From Nageia nagi (taxonomy: Eukaryota > Plantae > Pinophyta): a DNA stretch of 64,000 nucleotides. The stretch spans positions 73,098,001-73,162,000 of the forward strand of contig JBITNC010000001.1 of NCBI GenBank assembly GCA_050084985.1, given 5' to 3'. Shown here piece after piece: positions 38,501-52,074 of this stretch. Made by a program: the position numbers and the translations under genes. Under the pieces are notes generated by a model. It did not search any database. It was given only the letters and a program-made list of their open reading frames with translations, and was not told the origin of the DNA. The first letter of the stretch is position 1, and every line of letters begins with the position of its first letter.

Positions 38501-41500
38501 TCCTTCCTCTCCTTATATGTTCCCTTCTCTCCACCACCCCAAAATTCAGTTTGTTCCCTTCTCGCTGAACTTTTGCTATGCTTTATGCCATGATGCTAGA
38601 CATAAACCTTTTTGAAGAACTCAAACAAAGTAAAGATAGAAAAACGACAAGCAGGTTTCAGGAATGATACCAAAATATTAACCACATCTTTACACTTTCA
38701 CTGAGCCAGCTCAACAAAGGCCACATAAGATCCTTTGTTCTATTGTGAACTTTTGAAAGACTTTTGACACAAAGTTTAAACGCTTATTATTTCACAATTA
38801 CTATATATTGGCATCCCTGTGCCCTCTATTGTGACTATCATGATTCTATATGACAGTTGTGGGCTGGATTTTCTGAAGAACTCTAAAATATCATCAAGGT
38901 CAAACAAGTGTATGCCCTCTCCCCTACCTTTTTGGGATCTACATTAATGAGCTTGGGGACTTTGTCTACCAAGATACTCATGCAGACAATGGTTGCCTTC
39001 TACATCAAGTTCATTCTCCTTTTCGTTGATGATCTGATCATTTTAACCTTGACAAAACCAAGATTATGACCTTCAATATCTCTATAAAAGCTCCTACAAA
39101 GTTCAAGTTCTTTTACAAGCGTGAGTTGATCGATATCACCACATCCTACACTTCTTTGTTCAATTTACAAACCCTTCCCTTAACGTTAAGCATGTCACAC
39201 AATTCCGAATTTGTAAGTATACAATTCCCTCTCTATCTTTGAACAACAATACTTTCATAATTCATTTCTAAGACATCTCTACCAAGATATTGCATCTTCA
39301 CTACATTATCAAGTTTACTATATTTCATAGTTCAAGTCTTGAGTTGGAAACTCCATCTGAAATGTTTCTATGCCATTTCCAATTTTGAATCCATCATAAA
39401 ACATAAATTTTAATCATTGTAGTTTTAAAACATTAATTTAAAACAAATTTAATCGAAGTTGAAAAACATTAAACATGAACAAGGAAGAATACCAAGTGGA
39501 ATGGAGACCATTGAAGACGTCGAACAAAATGGAGACAACCTAAAAGAACACATTAGACGACCTGGAGGCTAGAATGGCACATTCACAAAGAGGCCCAACC
39601 TTTCAATCCAATCCAAACGTCAACCTTAGAGAGGTCCAACTCACATCCATCGAATTAGATGCTCAGCTCAAAAAGGCCCAACTAACACCTACTGAATCAA
39701 GCACCCAACTCAAATCAAAACCCGCCAACCTAAATCAAAACCATTGAATCCAAATGCCCAGCTCACGCTTGCAGGCTATGATAAAAATAAAAGAAATGAT
39801 TAAAAAGTTACGCTGGCAAGAACAAAAGAACGAAGGCATATGAACAATCAATTTATACCTCTAATTCCTAAAAGAAGATTTCTCCTAGACTAGAGAACAT
39901 GAGACTCACTTGAGAATAGCAGACCCAAATCCCAAAGCACAACAGAGAAATGATGGAATTGGTCTAGACTTCAAGTGAAGGCTGAATTGTGAAGAATGTA
40001 TGAGCTTGCATCTCCTAAATAAATTAAAAAACTAGGTGGGAAACTACAATGAAAGGGGCGCCAAGACGAGGAAACACACAAGGGAAAATTTCCCAAGTGT
40101 GTTTCCCCCACTTGGTGCCCCTTTCCCGCATGTACGACCCTATGTATGACCATTTTTCTTTTCTCTCACAAATTTTTTATTAAATTCGACGAATATATTC
40201 GCCATAGGAAAACATTTGGCAATTTCCGCACTCCAAGGAAGAAATGCACCAAATCCGTTGACTTAGGTTAGAATCCCCACAACTCTTTCACTAAACCAGC
40301 ATAAATTTGAATATCACCTATTGTTAGGGAAGTTGGGAGAAGTGAGGTATAAAGACACCCACGTTGAAGGTCCCAAGTTCCACTCCCGCCCCCTACATTA
40401 ATGATATTTAAAAACACTTTATAGATCCTACGATCCAATAGGGTTAAAAGACATTAAATGTTGACTTTATCTTTACCTTTATATCTCCCATCCTCACTTA
40501 CAATCCAAGTATGTACATGTGACACCAAATTACTAACCTCTTCCACATATCAGCTTTGAATAATTGAAGGATTGGGAGGATCTATACTTCTTCTACTTCA
40601 TATTCCACTATTGCTATTGGCCTTTAAATGATAAAATATAGCATGATCTGTCATACACACATGATTAAATTGAACATTTGAAAAATACAACTTTACAACT
40701 ATAATTTGTTTCCTAGGTCTTTGAATTGTGAATGAATTCAATCGTATTCCTGATTGATATTGCAATAGGGCTCAAGCATATGAATAGCTTTCATATTTCA
40801 CATGTTCAGTAAATGTTTGAGCCAAAAGAGCCTCCTGTGGAAATGACTGCCAAATTAAACCTCCTGCTCCAACATTTCCTTTTTTATTCTATACAAGATA
40901 AGGTGTCTCTGATGGGCATCATGATTTTGGGAGAAAAAAATCCATTAATGTGAATAGGTGACCAACGTATTTTTTTATCGTGGCTCATGAGACACTAGCA
41001 CATTTTGCACTGTACACATTTTGATTAATATAAGAAAGAATATGTCTTTTCCTCCACTTAATTTCTTATTTTTATATTTTTGAATGTTGATTAAGTGTTT
41101 TAGAACTTAGAACAAGTTTAAATAATAAGTAATCAGTAATATGCATGAGAAAACTTAAATTTTCAATGAAAAATTGCATATTTTTTCTGCTTTCCAGTTT
41201 TTTTTGCTGATTCCCGATTCCAATCGTAATAACACCTCATCAATCCCGATCCAATTCCGCTTTCATCCCACTTGATGGACAAAGATTATCATCAAAATCC
41301 CTTTTAAGGTTCACTATACATGTTCTAAAAAGGTCTATACAATGACTGATGACCCTCTTTTGTGTACAGCCTAAAAAGTTATGTGACATTCATAAAGAAG
41401 AATTTATTGGATGACTCTAAACAACAAATTTTCTTCTTCTGCATTTATTGGCCCTCATTTTTTAATCTAAAAGCCAAGCAGCTACCAATGAGCTAGACGA

Positions 41501-44500
41501 TAACTGATTGACAGATTTGCCTGTAGCAGCTAAGGCTCCCAGTAATCCTCTCATTGTAATATCTAATTTTCCAGATTTAAGAAAATGTGAGTTGTTAGCA
41601 ACTAGAGAAAAACGAACTTTATGTTTGTATGAACTATTAATTGTGTTCAAAGGAGACATGTCCCCAACCCTTGATACCCTTGGAACGGTGTGAGGATGGC
41701 CTGCATCTATCACTTTGCAAAGGGATCTCCTGGGTAACATCCCACTGCAATCCTCCTCTCCGTGTACTCATGGGAACACATTGAATAAGCCTAGATGTCT
41801 CAAAATCCATGAGTAAAAAACATTGAAAAACAGAAACAACCAATAATTGACTGCTAACATTAAATTTTTTTTAAATGCATTCATTTTAGTTCTTTATCAT
41901 GTTATTATTATATTTTGATTCTTGTGCATGAGACACCACCAGATTCAGTTTCAATTCAAATGTCATTGGCATATTTTATCCAATCTCAAGAAAGCCTTTG
42001 ACAGGTTTAATGCACATTTCAGTCTCTTCCATGGTTGAAGTGTTGTCTCAAGCAGCTGAAAGGTAGGTTTTTAATACTGAGATGTATTCATTGAATCATC
42101 AGTACATAACAAATATGATGTAATATTCTAAAATTTAGAGTTATAAAATGAATTTTGAATTGTTATGTTTCAATTTGTCTAACAATAAATCTACAAATCA
42201 TTGACCACTTCCAATAAATGTATCATTCTATGGTTTTTTTTTTTTATTTGTAGTGTAAATGAGGGTTTTGAAAGGACCCTTAACCTTGTACAATTCTCAA
42301 AGATTTTTCATTACACTCTTTTAAAAACACATCTAAACTAAAAGGAAAAACAGGGTATCACCATCACCCCTATTCCAAAAAACATGTGAAAAAAACAAAC
42401 TTAAGCCTAAAGGAAACTAAAAACAGTAAAAGAGACATTGTGCATTCTCAGAGATCATCTAGGAGAGGATTTTTCCTTTCCCCTTAGAAAATCCAGAAGA
42501 TGGACTCAGAGAACAGTCTTCTCCTTCCTTTTTGCGGACAATCCTTGAGCTCTTCCAACAGCTGTTCTGCATAAGAGAGAGGGGCTCGCATTGATCTAAA
42601 CCAAATACGAAGCAGGTACTTCCACTCATCCAAACCCATAAGCCTGCTTCTCGAAGGGGGCCCTGGTTCAATCTTCGAGGTCTTCAAGGCAAAGTTTCCT
42701 CGTAGCATCAATTTTGTTTCGGGTGCAAGGTAGGCTTCAAGTCAGAGCCCTCCTCCACATACTTTTTGCTCTCCTAGGAGACGAGTTACTTAGTTCTTCA
42801 TGAAGACCGAGTGGAGAAACTCTGACTCCCAAAGGTTGCTCCCCTCTTCTCTCTAGTCTCCATCAATGTCTCCTCCGAGGGTATGGTGTAGGTCTCGTCC
42901 TCATCCTCCATTGGGTCTTCTTCTTTCTACTGCTCCTCTCTCTCCTCCTTAGTATCAGCATAGTCTAGCCCAAGAGACAAGGCAAGCTTCCTAGTTGAAG
43001 TCACATAGTTAAACAAGGCACACAAAAGGCCTTGGTGGTGTGGCCCCGCCAACTTCCCTTCCTAGAGTGGAATAGGTAATACGGAACATCGATCTGCTTT
43101 TTACACCTGAAGATGTTCAGGAAGGCAAAGTAAAAGCTCCTTACAATTGGTAAATGGTTATCCAACATCACGTATTGCATAATCACAGTAACCAAATTCT
43201 TCCATTTCATTGGGAGAGACTCTCAATTGATACCCCCTTGCAGCTTCTGTAGGTTTTACTTTTCTCCCTTTAATAGTTGGAGCTCAATCGCTCAGGAATG
43301 CTTCTCTCGAAGCAACTTGTCACCCAACAAAGGAAAACTTGTAACTTCAGCAATGAGCTTGTGGTTAATAGTGGTTAATAACAAATGAGATGCCCTTTGT
43401 TGCAAGTTTCCCATCCTCCCATGGAAGGGCCAAATGCAGAGCCAGGCTCTTGTTTGCTCTTTGGAAGAGATTCAAAAATTTCATCCACCCTTCCTTCTTC
43501 AACAATTCCTTTGTCCTCTCATCCACCTACAGGACCATCAACTCAATGCAATAAGAAACGTCTACCATGGTTACAAAGCACAACAATAGAGAAAAGGCAT
43601 GAATGAAAAGACCCTCTGGCCTATCCAATTTGTTGTTTTGCATGCCCAAATCCCTCAATGCCTCATCGATCTTCCAGAAATCAATACGTACTTCTGCTCG
43701 ACACACTTCTCCAACTAGACCACTCATAGATCATTCCTCCTCTCCACATATTCATCGTCACAAGCTACACATATTTTCAACGAAGCAATATCATCCCCCA
43801 TAACCTGTGCCAAAATGAAGTTTTCTAAAGGCATCACTTTGAACGACCACCTCACTCAATGGACCCTCAATAATTTAATCTGCTGCTAGCTAGGATCCAT
43901 GTGCAGCATTTAAGTCTCCCTCCACCACTCCCAAAATGCATCATTCTATGTTATTTAAGTTATAATTTGTGTGTTTTTATCAAGGTTAAATGGAGTTTTC
44001 TGGGATGGCACAGTTTTGGAGACAGGGGGATACGTTAGACTGATTTTAGGAAACACATACAAGATGACATATATAAATATATGTAAAATAAAATATAAAA
44101 AGTAGACTGTTTTTCTCAAATCTAAAAGTATGTGTATGAAAGTCTATTCTAACAGCAGCAATGATTCAAGAATCAAAATAAAACATCATGATCATTAGAA
44201 TTATAAACCATAACAGCACTGTATAAAAAATTGGAGTCTTGGATAGTAACAAAATTGAGTCTTCAAACTAAAAAATAAGTATAATAGTATACACCATACT
44301 GTATAAAAGTGAAAATTATTAATAATTAGTAAAAAGTAAATACTAATACCAACAACAACTGAAATATGAACTAGCAAACCATAACACTGTTGTTGGCTGC
44401 AATATACCCACACTTCTAACTGGCCACAAGTGCTAAGTGAAAGAATGAATACTTTTTACGGTTGAGTGGCTTTTATATTTTTGTTTGTAAGTGAGTTTTT

Positions 44501-46237
44501 GCCTTTTAGGGTTAAAAGGGGTGGAGGGGTCTTAGTGGGCCATGCCACCCCTTTTTTTCACCATTTTAAATGTTTTTTTAACCTTTTTCACTTGGCTGGA
44601 TGCTCTTTCCATTAGGGACAGCTAGGCATCCTCAAGACGGTCGAGGGACATCCCAAGTATCCAAGATAGATTTTTGATTTTTTCAAAACTAGGAAATGGC
44701 AAGGAAACATTTCGGATGGAGTTTCCATGTTTTCGGTACTCCTCCAAGAAAGGTACGGATGTTTTAAGGGGGGGGGGCATGTCCCCATGTAACCCTGGGT
44801 TTTATATTTTCTTAACTTTCAATTCTCTAGATTAGCCATCCCCCTTGATATCCTCTCTTTTCCCATACTTTAGGGTTGTCTTTGAGCATCCCCTTTTTGT
44901 GCACCCTGTTTCTCCATTCCCCCAAAAGGGAACTTGATGAAATTGCATTTAAAGCATCAACTTTTTCTATTTCATGTCTATCTGACCATTTTATTATATA
45001 TTTGATCATGGATAATTTGGGAAGTCTGTTAAAAGATTAAAATATTACCTGTAGGTGTTTCAAATTTACATTTCTCATCAAGGTTCATAAAATTAAAAAA
45101 GAAACAGAGAAATAAACCAAATAAAAAAAGTACATTGAAATCAAAGTACACTGAAATCCTTTGAAAATTCTTAGTTGTTTATTTTTTACTCACAATACTT
45201 GATGGATATGAAAGGAACAAACCTGACAAAGATTTATTTCTAGCTGTCTTTTCCGTGCATGTAATCTACTATTGTTGAGGACCACCTGGACCCCAATATT
45301 CAAATGGTATTTCAACAATGCATTAGCTTTTGCAGCAGTCTGGATAGCAAGTTCTTTAATAGGACAAATGATCAGTACAACAATGGGCAATCTCTTTTGC
45401 TCACGACTGGAAGAACACAACTTTGAAACTGCCTGAATTGCTGGAAGCTGCATAATAAAACCATGATCAAATATTCTTCTGGCATATCACAGGACTCACT
45501 GTCTGTGTTTTCTGAGTAAACTTTTGCGCAGAAAATTTTGTAAACAAATTACACAAAATTTTATCTTTTGATATAGGTAAACTTTCACATGCATACCAAA
45601 ATGGCTAAAGTCTTGCCTGTTCCAGATTTAGCTATAGCTAGAACATCCTTTCCTGCATCCAACAACTGAAAATCGTTAGACTGCTATGAGTTTTTAAAAA
45701 AAAAATGGAAATACTATCAAATTCCTCTGAAATGATAGACTAATATCTCTTAAGGATACTTTCAACAGAGAGCTTAGATCTCAAGAGTCTATATGCATGT
45801 TAACCAATTTTGGTAAGTGCTACTTCTTAGGTACAGGAATTTTCTTCTGCATGTAAATAATGCCAGTTATTGATTATGTGCATTTCTCCTTCCATTCCAA
45901 TAGAACTTACATGTTTGCCAGTTCTTTGGAGAACATGAAAAAGACATGTTGTGCAATGAAATATTTAGCTACAGCAGACTTTCCAAACCTACAAATTAAG
46001 TTAAATAATTCATATGAATTGCAAGTAAAGTGAGAACAACACATTTTCCTCATGCAATCCAATGACAAATAAGATATATTTCACTGGTAACAAGAATAGA
46101 CATATATATACAATGGACAGTCATTGGCACCTTCAAGAATAACTGGAAGAGTGGCTTCCTGCAAAGCTGTCATTTGCACATATCCCTCTGATGAAAGAGC
46201 CTGAATTGAAGGCAGTGATATATTACACTGATCAAAT
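35584..46237 (-). CDS. DEAD-box RNA helicase (RH25/26/31/33/48 clade), N-terminal RecA domain only; 5' exons not identified
   Basis: Exons 46237-46131, 45652-45597, 45447-45223, 35987-35781 and 35682-35584 with GT-AG junctions splice in frame: Q motif (MTALQ), AKSGTGKT, PIKELA, TPGSL, DEAD, SAT. Stop TAA at 35586-35584. 9.2 kb intron at 35988-45222. Confidence 0.85.
36871..37311. mobile_element. hAT-type MITE (441 bp)
   Basis: TIR CTAGGTAACATGGT / rc CTAGATCACATGGT; 8 bp TSD CTTTTCAC/CTTGTCAC; subterminal GTAC repeats. Confidence 0.8.
37461..37630. repeat. 85 bp tandem duplication
   Basis: GCAAGTCTGTGGTATC...GGAACCATGGTTAG twice, nearly identical. Confidence 0.95.
38730..39350 (+). mobile_element. 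Non-L1 LINE RT remnant (RTE/RTEX/L2-like)
   Basis: Decayed FVDFRKAFDT, GVKQ...LSPTxFGIYINEL, ILLFVDDLII, KTKIMTF. Confidence 0.65.
42233..43933 (-). mobile_element. 5'-truncated LINE retrocopy containing only the ORF3 region and 3' UTR
   Basis: Poly(T) at 42234-42245. 17 bp TSD AAATGYATCATTCTATG at 42216-42232 and 43934-43950. Encodes GWMKFLNLFQ...WEDG...GISFVIN...LIAEVTSFPLLG...WKNLVTVIMQYVMLD...DVPYYLFHS...HQGLL plus an acidic tail. Confidence 0.88.
43981..44797. mobile_element. Non-autonomous hAT-type element (817 bp)
   Basis: TIR CAAGGTTAAATGG / rc CAGGGTTACATGG; 8 bp TSD GTTTTTAT/GGTTTTAT. Confidence 0.75.
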
Positions 46238-46949
46238 CTGCAAGAACAAAACACAAATTCCATATGAAGTTTTCTCAATAAAAATATCCAAAGTATTGAA
46301 GATTGTGATAACTAATACATATAATAAAGTCAGAAATTACCAGAATTTCTAATAGATATATACACGATATTATCTTGAACTTACTACTCTGATTTTAAGA
46401 CTATACCCTCTATAGGATGATAGAAAAACAAGCTAATAAATCTTGGAACTTTTAAAGATGATACGGAAGATCCTTAGAAATTTGAAGAGCGAATAGACTT
46501 TTTATAGACCACCAATGAGTACATAAATCACTTAGGCAGAAAATAACTACATCATCAGCAAAGGCTTCACATAGAGAAGGCAGAGCTCAGACAACAAAAA
46601 TAATATGTGAAAACCCTGACAGAATAACCAAAAGGGTTACCATCGGCAAGGCTTTTAGTAGCAAAATCAAAATTGACGAAAAAAAACAGCGCATGAAATT
46701 TATAGGGCATCCCTCGGATGATTGAATTTTTTAATTATTATTTGATTTCATTGTGTGGTATTGATGGAATTGTTGGTGTCCCAAAATAATGATAACTTTG
46801 AGAAATGAATGTCAAGGGATGTATGCAAAGCGAACACACTTGGTTTGTGTAATGATCCAAACAGGATCTCCAACAAATATCAATGATTACAATAAATAAA
46901 ATCCAACTAGGGCATCCAATTGACAACACACAAACCCTAGAGTGCCAAC

Positions 46950-48030
46950 GTTGCGCTTCCACATGCTAAATACAAACAAGAAATGCCAACAATGGGTCTT
47001 CCAAGCACATATACACCATACAATGCCAATGAATGGCCAATTAAAACACTTCACAATAAAACTAACTCAACGCATGCACAAGATGGATAATACAACACAT
47101 AAACATTGAGATCAAATGCCCACAACTTGTATTATTGATGAACAATGAGAAACAATACAAAACCAAGCCCAAAGGGCTGACATCAGCCTCCTAGGACCTG
47201 AAATGGGCCGGACGAACTCTTTGATGATGTTGGACGGTCTATGGGACAGCAACGCCTCCTCACAATCTAACTCTTCCCCACCGAAGGCGCCCTCCTCAGA
47301 TCTGGATAACCACTCACGTGGTAGAGACTCCACCTTGGATGCTACCGGATGGGCAATGGTGCTCCACCAATGTCGTAGATTGCCAAGATCCCTTAGCTTG
47401 ACAACCCTCTTAGGTGCTCCACCTAAGGAATACACTCAGCACTCTACTAAGGTTGTGTCCACCGGACGATGTAGAAGTGTAGAAGTAATAATAATCAAGT
47501 GTGTCTATCAAATGAGCCTCCAAGTCTTCTTATACCCTCAACCAAGTCCTAGATCTCACCTCAAAATCATCTCTAAGCTCTAAGGCCCCAACATTAGCGT
47601 CTAGAGGGCCTGGGATGCCCAACATGGGTGCCTAGGTATTAGACATCCAAATGTGGGATTCCTGGGTGCCATAAATGCTAGTGCAGGGTCTAGGGGTGAC
47701 ATGCATGCCTACGTGGGTCTTGGTATCATGCGTGGAAGCCTAGGAGTCTAGGATGGCGAACGTGGGGTCTAGGGGGCTACCCAAGGCTGGCGCAAGCATG
47801 CAATCCTTTATCCTGGCTAATTAATGTATACAAGCTCTTGGGATTCCCACAATCAAGTCCGGAATCTCCAAGTACATTAATATATCGTATTCTACACTTG
47901 GGAGGAATACGTTCCACTAGGAGCTCATAGTGGGGTCCATGGACCAATTAATTCCTATCCCAAGTTATACAAAATCAACTACAAGACAACTTTTAAACAA
48001 ACTCTAAAATGTATGTTATAGTTTGGTGAC
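46950..48030 (-). repeat. Probable LTR fragment
   Basis: GC-richer non-coding block starting TGTCACC on the minus strand, with a TGGCAC PBS-like sequence just after it. No TSD found. Confidence 0.35.
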
Positions 48031-48986
48031 AATATCTCTACCTAGCAGCCCTTATTTGGTTTGCTTACTGACATTTTGAGTGTGCACATGTATAGTAGTC
48101 ATTCACATTGTATCTTTCCATTGGCTATATCAATTCATTGGCTCCAGGTACAGGTGTCATAGTCCATAACAGGTATAGTAATCATTCGCATTGTATCTTT
48201 TCATTGATTGCAGGTACAGGATCACAATCCATAACAGACATCAACAGCAGCTTATCAAATACCACATGAGGGTTAAATAAGAGAATTCAGTCCAAGAAAC
48301 CAGGACATCAACCTAGCAATTTAAAAGAACAAATAAAAACTCTAGAACAAAATACATGGCCATTGTCCCTTGCGTTGACTTCTAGCAAAAGTTGATCAAG
48401 CAGAACAGAATAACAAGGTGACGCCTGGCTTCCGAAAAGCACACAAAGGCATTCTATCATTTCCCATCTAATAACACCTAACCACCTGCCAATTTCACTT
48501 GCAAGGCCATTCCTGAAACTCTGCTAAAGAAGTGCTGGAGTCAAGGTTCCATGTTTCAAATGGTCTGTGTAATAGTGTGTATAGAACCAGTAATAACCAT
48601 ATTCTGGCCACAAAGCCAATATCAAAATCTACGAATGACAAATAATTTTACTTGATGACTGCCCCCATCTGCACTGAAAACTCCACAACATTGTATATTT
48701 TTAAGGTCTTTCTGAATTTCAAAACGTGGTAAAAATTTTACATAAGCAGAAAATGCAAGAAAGCTCTCAGCACAGGATGAATCAAGGTAGGATCATCAGG
48801 AAAAGAGCCAGCAAAATTAACCTGAACATTTGTCTGTGGTATCTTGTAATGAGCCAAACTAGGGCCCATCTGAAATTGCACAAATGGGGCTTAAATAAAA
48901 TATTTGAATTGACCATAAATCCATTTATGCTTAATTCATGCACTTCAGAAACTCAAAATGCCCTAATTATGCATAGGAAAATAGGG

Positions 48987-50169
48987 TGATATGCTCAATA
49001 TGACACCAAAATTGCATGAAATATGCCCCTATGAAAGGGGCGAATTCTTCCAAAGATGAGGTCTCACTTAAATAATGGCAGTAAAATGCAACATCCAATC
49101 CTCAAGTACAAGATCTAAATGATAAACTCAAAATATGACACCAAAATGTATTCTTTATTAAAATGTGCCAAGAGAATTGGATACAAGCCCCACTGATGGA
49201 GCCAAACGATGCCCTAGGTGAGACGTCCCAGCCAAGGGGCTAAATCTTCATTCGAGTATGGCCTTGATCTGGATCTAATCCAAAAATGGGTGATGTGTTG
49301 GAAGGCTGAAATGGTGATTCCAGGATTTCCAAATGACCTCCTTGATGATGATGAATCTTCATAAAGAATGGCTCCAAGGCCTCCTATTCCTCAGTAGTGG
49401 TGGAAGCTCCAAGCTTTGTTGGCAATCTTCAGTAACACTAGGGAATGCCAAACCCTAGGTAGCAATCTTCAATAATCTTAGGGAATGTCAGACCCTAAGA
49501 TAGCAGTCTTTAGACCTTTGAGGAATGCGAAACCTCAAAATAGCAATAGATAACGCAAGGGGAATGCTAGACCCCAAGGTAGCAATAGTATAAGCCAAAG
49601 GGAATGCTAGACCCTAAGACCTCCCTTGCTTGCACAAGAGGAAAAAAGAGGAGCCTACACCCACTTCCAAAATAAAATATAGTCCAAGCATGTCAAATGA
49701 AGTCCAAAACTCTTCCTTTTATAGTCTCCAATTGCTCCTCTTTCCCAACGTTCTGCTTGGATGATTTCAATGATGCCTTGGTATTGCCACAATCATGTTG
49801 GAAGTTCCAGATTTACCCAAGGGGTGAGACGATGCTCCTTGGTGTCTTCATATGCACCTTGGGATTTCAAAAATCACATCCAATGAATGCTAATAGCTCT
49901 CCCACATGCAACGCCTCATTGTGGGAGTCTTACATTGCCTCGAGATGCCAAATTACAAGATTCAAAAACTCCAAATATGCAATGTCTTATTCAAGAGATT
50001 AATATTGCATTTACAATTATTAATTATGCCTTGGTGTCACAAATTACAAATATTTGGCATCCATTCGATTGGCCCACATTACTACAAATATAAAAATACT
50101 CCTAATTAAATACAAATCACTCCTAAATAAAGCAAATTAACTTTGCACATCCCTAAGAGAGGGACATCA
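48987..50169 (-). repeat. Probable gypsy solo-LTR with internal ~39 bp repeats (49430-49620)
   Basis: Minus-strand ends TGATGTCCC...GCATATCA; about five GGGAATGC..ACCC.A..TAGCAAT units. No clean TSD. Confidence 0.5.
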
Positions 50170-50635
50170 TTCTCAAAAATGGTCACACGGAGGATAATTC
50201 CCGTGTGCACGTGCGATATGGTTCCTAGGGTGAGCTTCAAGAGGCAATATATCCCTCGTTTCGTGTCAAAACCATGTTGTGTAACTTGTCAAAACGAATA
50301 GCAGAAGATTCTCTCTCCATTCTAGCAGATAAATCGATGATCCATGGCTTGTAGCAAAATATATGCCTCTTATAAGATTTCTTAAAAATGGGGTCGTTAC
50401 ATATCTGCTGATAGTTAGTGAATTCTAACATATAGAAAGTAATATTGAATAGAATTTGATTACAAATGCATAAGTGAAAATGTGATGGCTCCAAAATATA
50501 GAGGAATCTTGATAAGCGCCCATACCAACATATAGCTTATGACTTCAAAAGAGCGACTGGACAGGATACTAATAAACAGTTGTTCAGTTTGAGCTAACCA
50601 CTAACTTAATCCCATAATCATTCACAGTTTTGAAG

Positions 50636-51612
50636 TACAGAACCAAGTTTCAAAGCGTCACCACCATACCATCTATATAGAAAACAAGTTTGACAAATAT
50701 AATATATAACATGCATATGATGTTTTTTCAGGATCAAAGAGATGCAGCATATCACAAGTGTGACTATTATCGTAAGCTGTGGACTGTCTTAGAAAACAAT
50801 TTTCTCCCATGAACCAATTATCAACAAGAATTCACAAATTTAAAATTAACCTTTTAATGATGCACAGTGCATCTGAACAACTTATCTCTGACCAAAAACA
50901 TGTCCTCAACAACTTAGTTGTCGTTACAATTAAGCTGCTATAACTCCATTAGCTTCCAGTAAATCCAATTGTCTTAAGCGTAGCAGTTACTAGTATTTAC
51001 ATATAACGGAATCAAAATCAGAAAAAACTAGACCTCTAGTGTTTCAAGAGACGATTATAAAGTCTCTACAAATCTGTGACATGAAATGTGGAATAAAATA
51101 TCTATAGGCCAGAAACACTGTTAAAGTATAGAACCTAGTTTCAAAGGGTTACCACCATGCCATCTAATAGAAAATAAGTTCGAAAAATATGATACATAAC
51201 ATGCATATGATTTTTGTTCTGGATCAAAGAAATGCAGCATATGATGAGTGTAACTATTATCGTGAGCTGTGGACTCTCTTAGACAACCATTTTCTCCCAT
51301 GACCAAATTATCAACAAGAACTCACAAATTAAAAATTAACTTCTTAATGATGCACAGTGCATCTGAACAACTTATATCTCGCCAAAAACATGTCCACAAC
51401 TTACTTGTCTTCACAATTAAGCTGCTAAACTCCATCCAGTTCCAGTAAATTCAATTGTCTTAAGCCTGGTAGTTACTACTATTTACTTATAATGGACTTT
51501 AACTCGGAAAAAATTAGACCTCTAGTGTTTCAAGAGACGATTATAAAGTCTCTACAAATCTGTGACATGAAATGTGGAAGAAAATATCTATAGACCAGAA
51601 ACAGTGTGTTAA
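50636..51612. repeat. About 490 bp tandem duplication
   Basis: Units start GTACAGAACCAAGTTTCAAAG (50636) and GTATAGAACCTAGTTTCAAAG (51126) and are colinear throughout. Confidence 0.92.
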
Positions 51613-52074
51613 ATATTGAAAAGAAAATGCAAATTGAGAAACCAGACTTCATCTTAAAAGAAATTATAATTAGACTCCACATCATGCATAAAAATCCAAG
51701 AATTAAAGGCTTTTAAGGACACATTTTTCAAAAAAAATGTAAAGATGCGAGAATAGCATTAGCATTCGGAATTCAGAACGAGATACATGTCCTGTTAAAT
51801 GAAATAAATTATGCACAGATCTAACCAAATCATTGAATATGGAAAATCATTTTCTCCAAATCTATTCAACAGCAATATCCTTAATAAACTGAAAAAGCAT
51901 CTGCATCATTCACAAGGAATACCCCCTCTTTTTTACTTCCAACTACTTTGAAACCTAAACATCCTCTTCTGGAAAAACAAGCAGATGCTGTAGAGTTACA
52001 AATTGATGCAATGGACAAAGTGAGAAAGACAACAAGCATCTTTCCCTCGTTAAGTCTCACTTCCACATTTAAGA

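Noticed and set aside
41462-41843. Overlapping short ORFs in the helicase intron
   Set aside because: No recognisable motif or convincing splice context.
47112-47583. 107 aa and 126 aa opposing ORFs
   Set aside because: They lie in a GC-richer LTR-like block where chance ORFs are expected, and no protein motifs were recognised.
48822-48870. 48 nt AG/GT-bounded candidate upstream helicase exon
   Set aside because: The phase could fit, but the peptide (WALVWLITRYHRQMF) does not resemble the family; it cannot be supported without RNA data.
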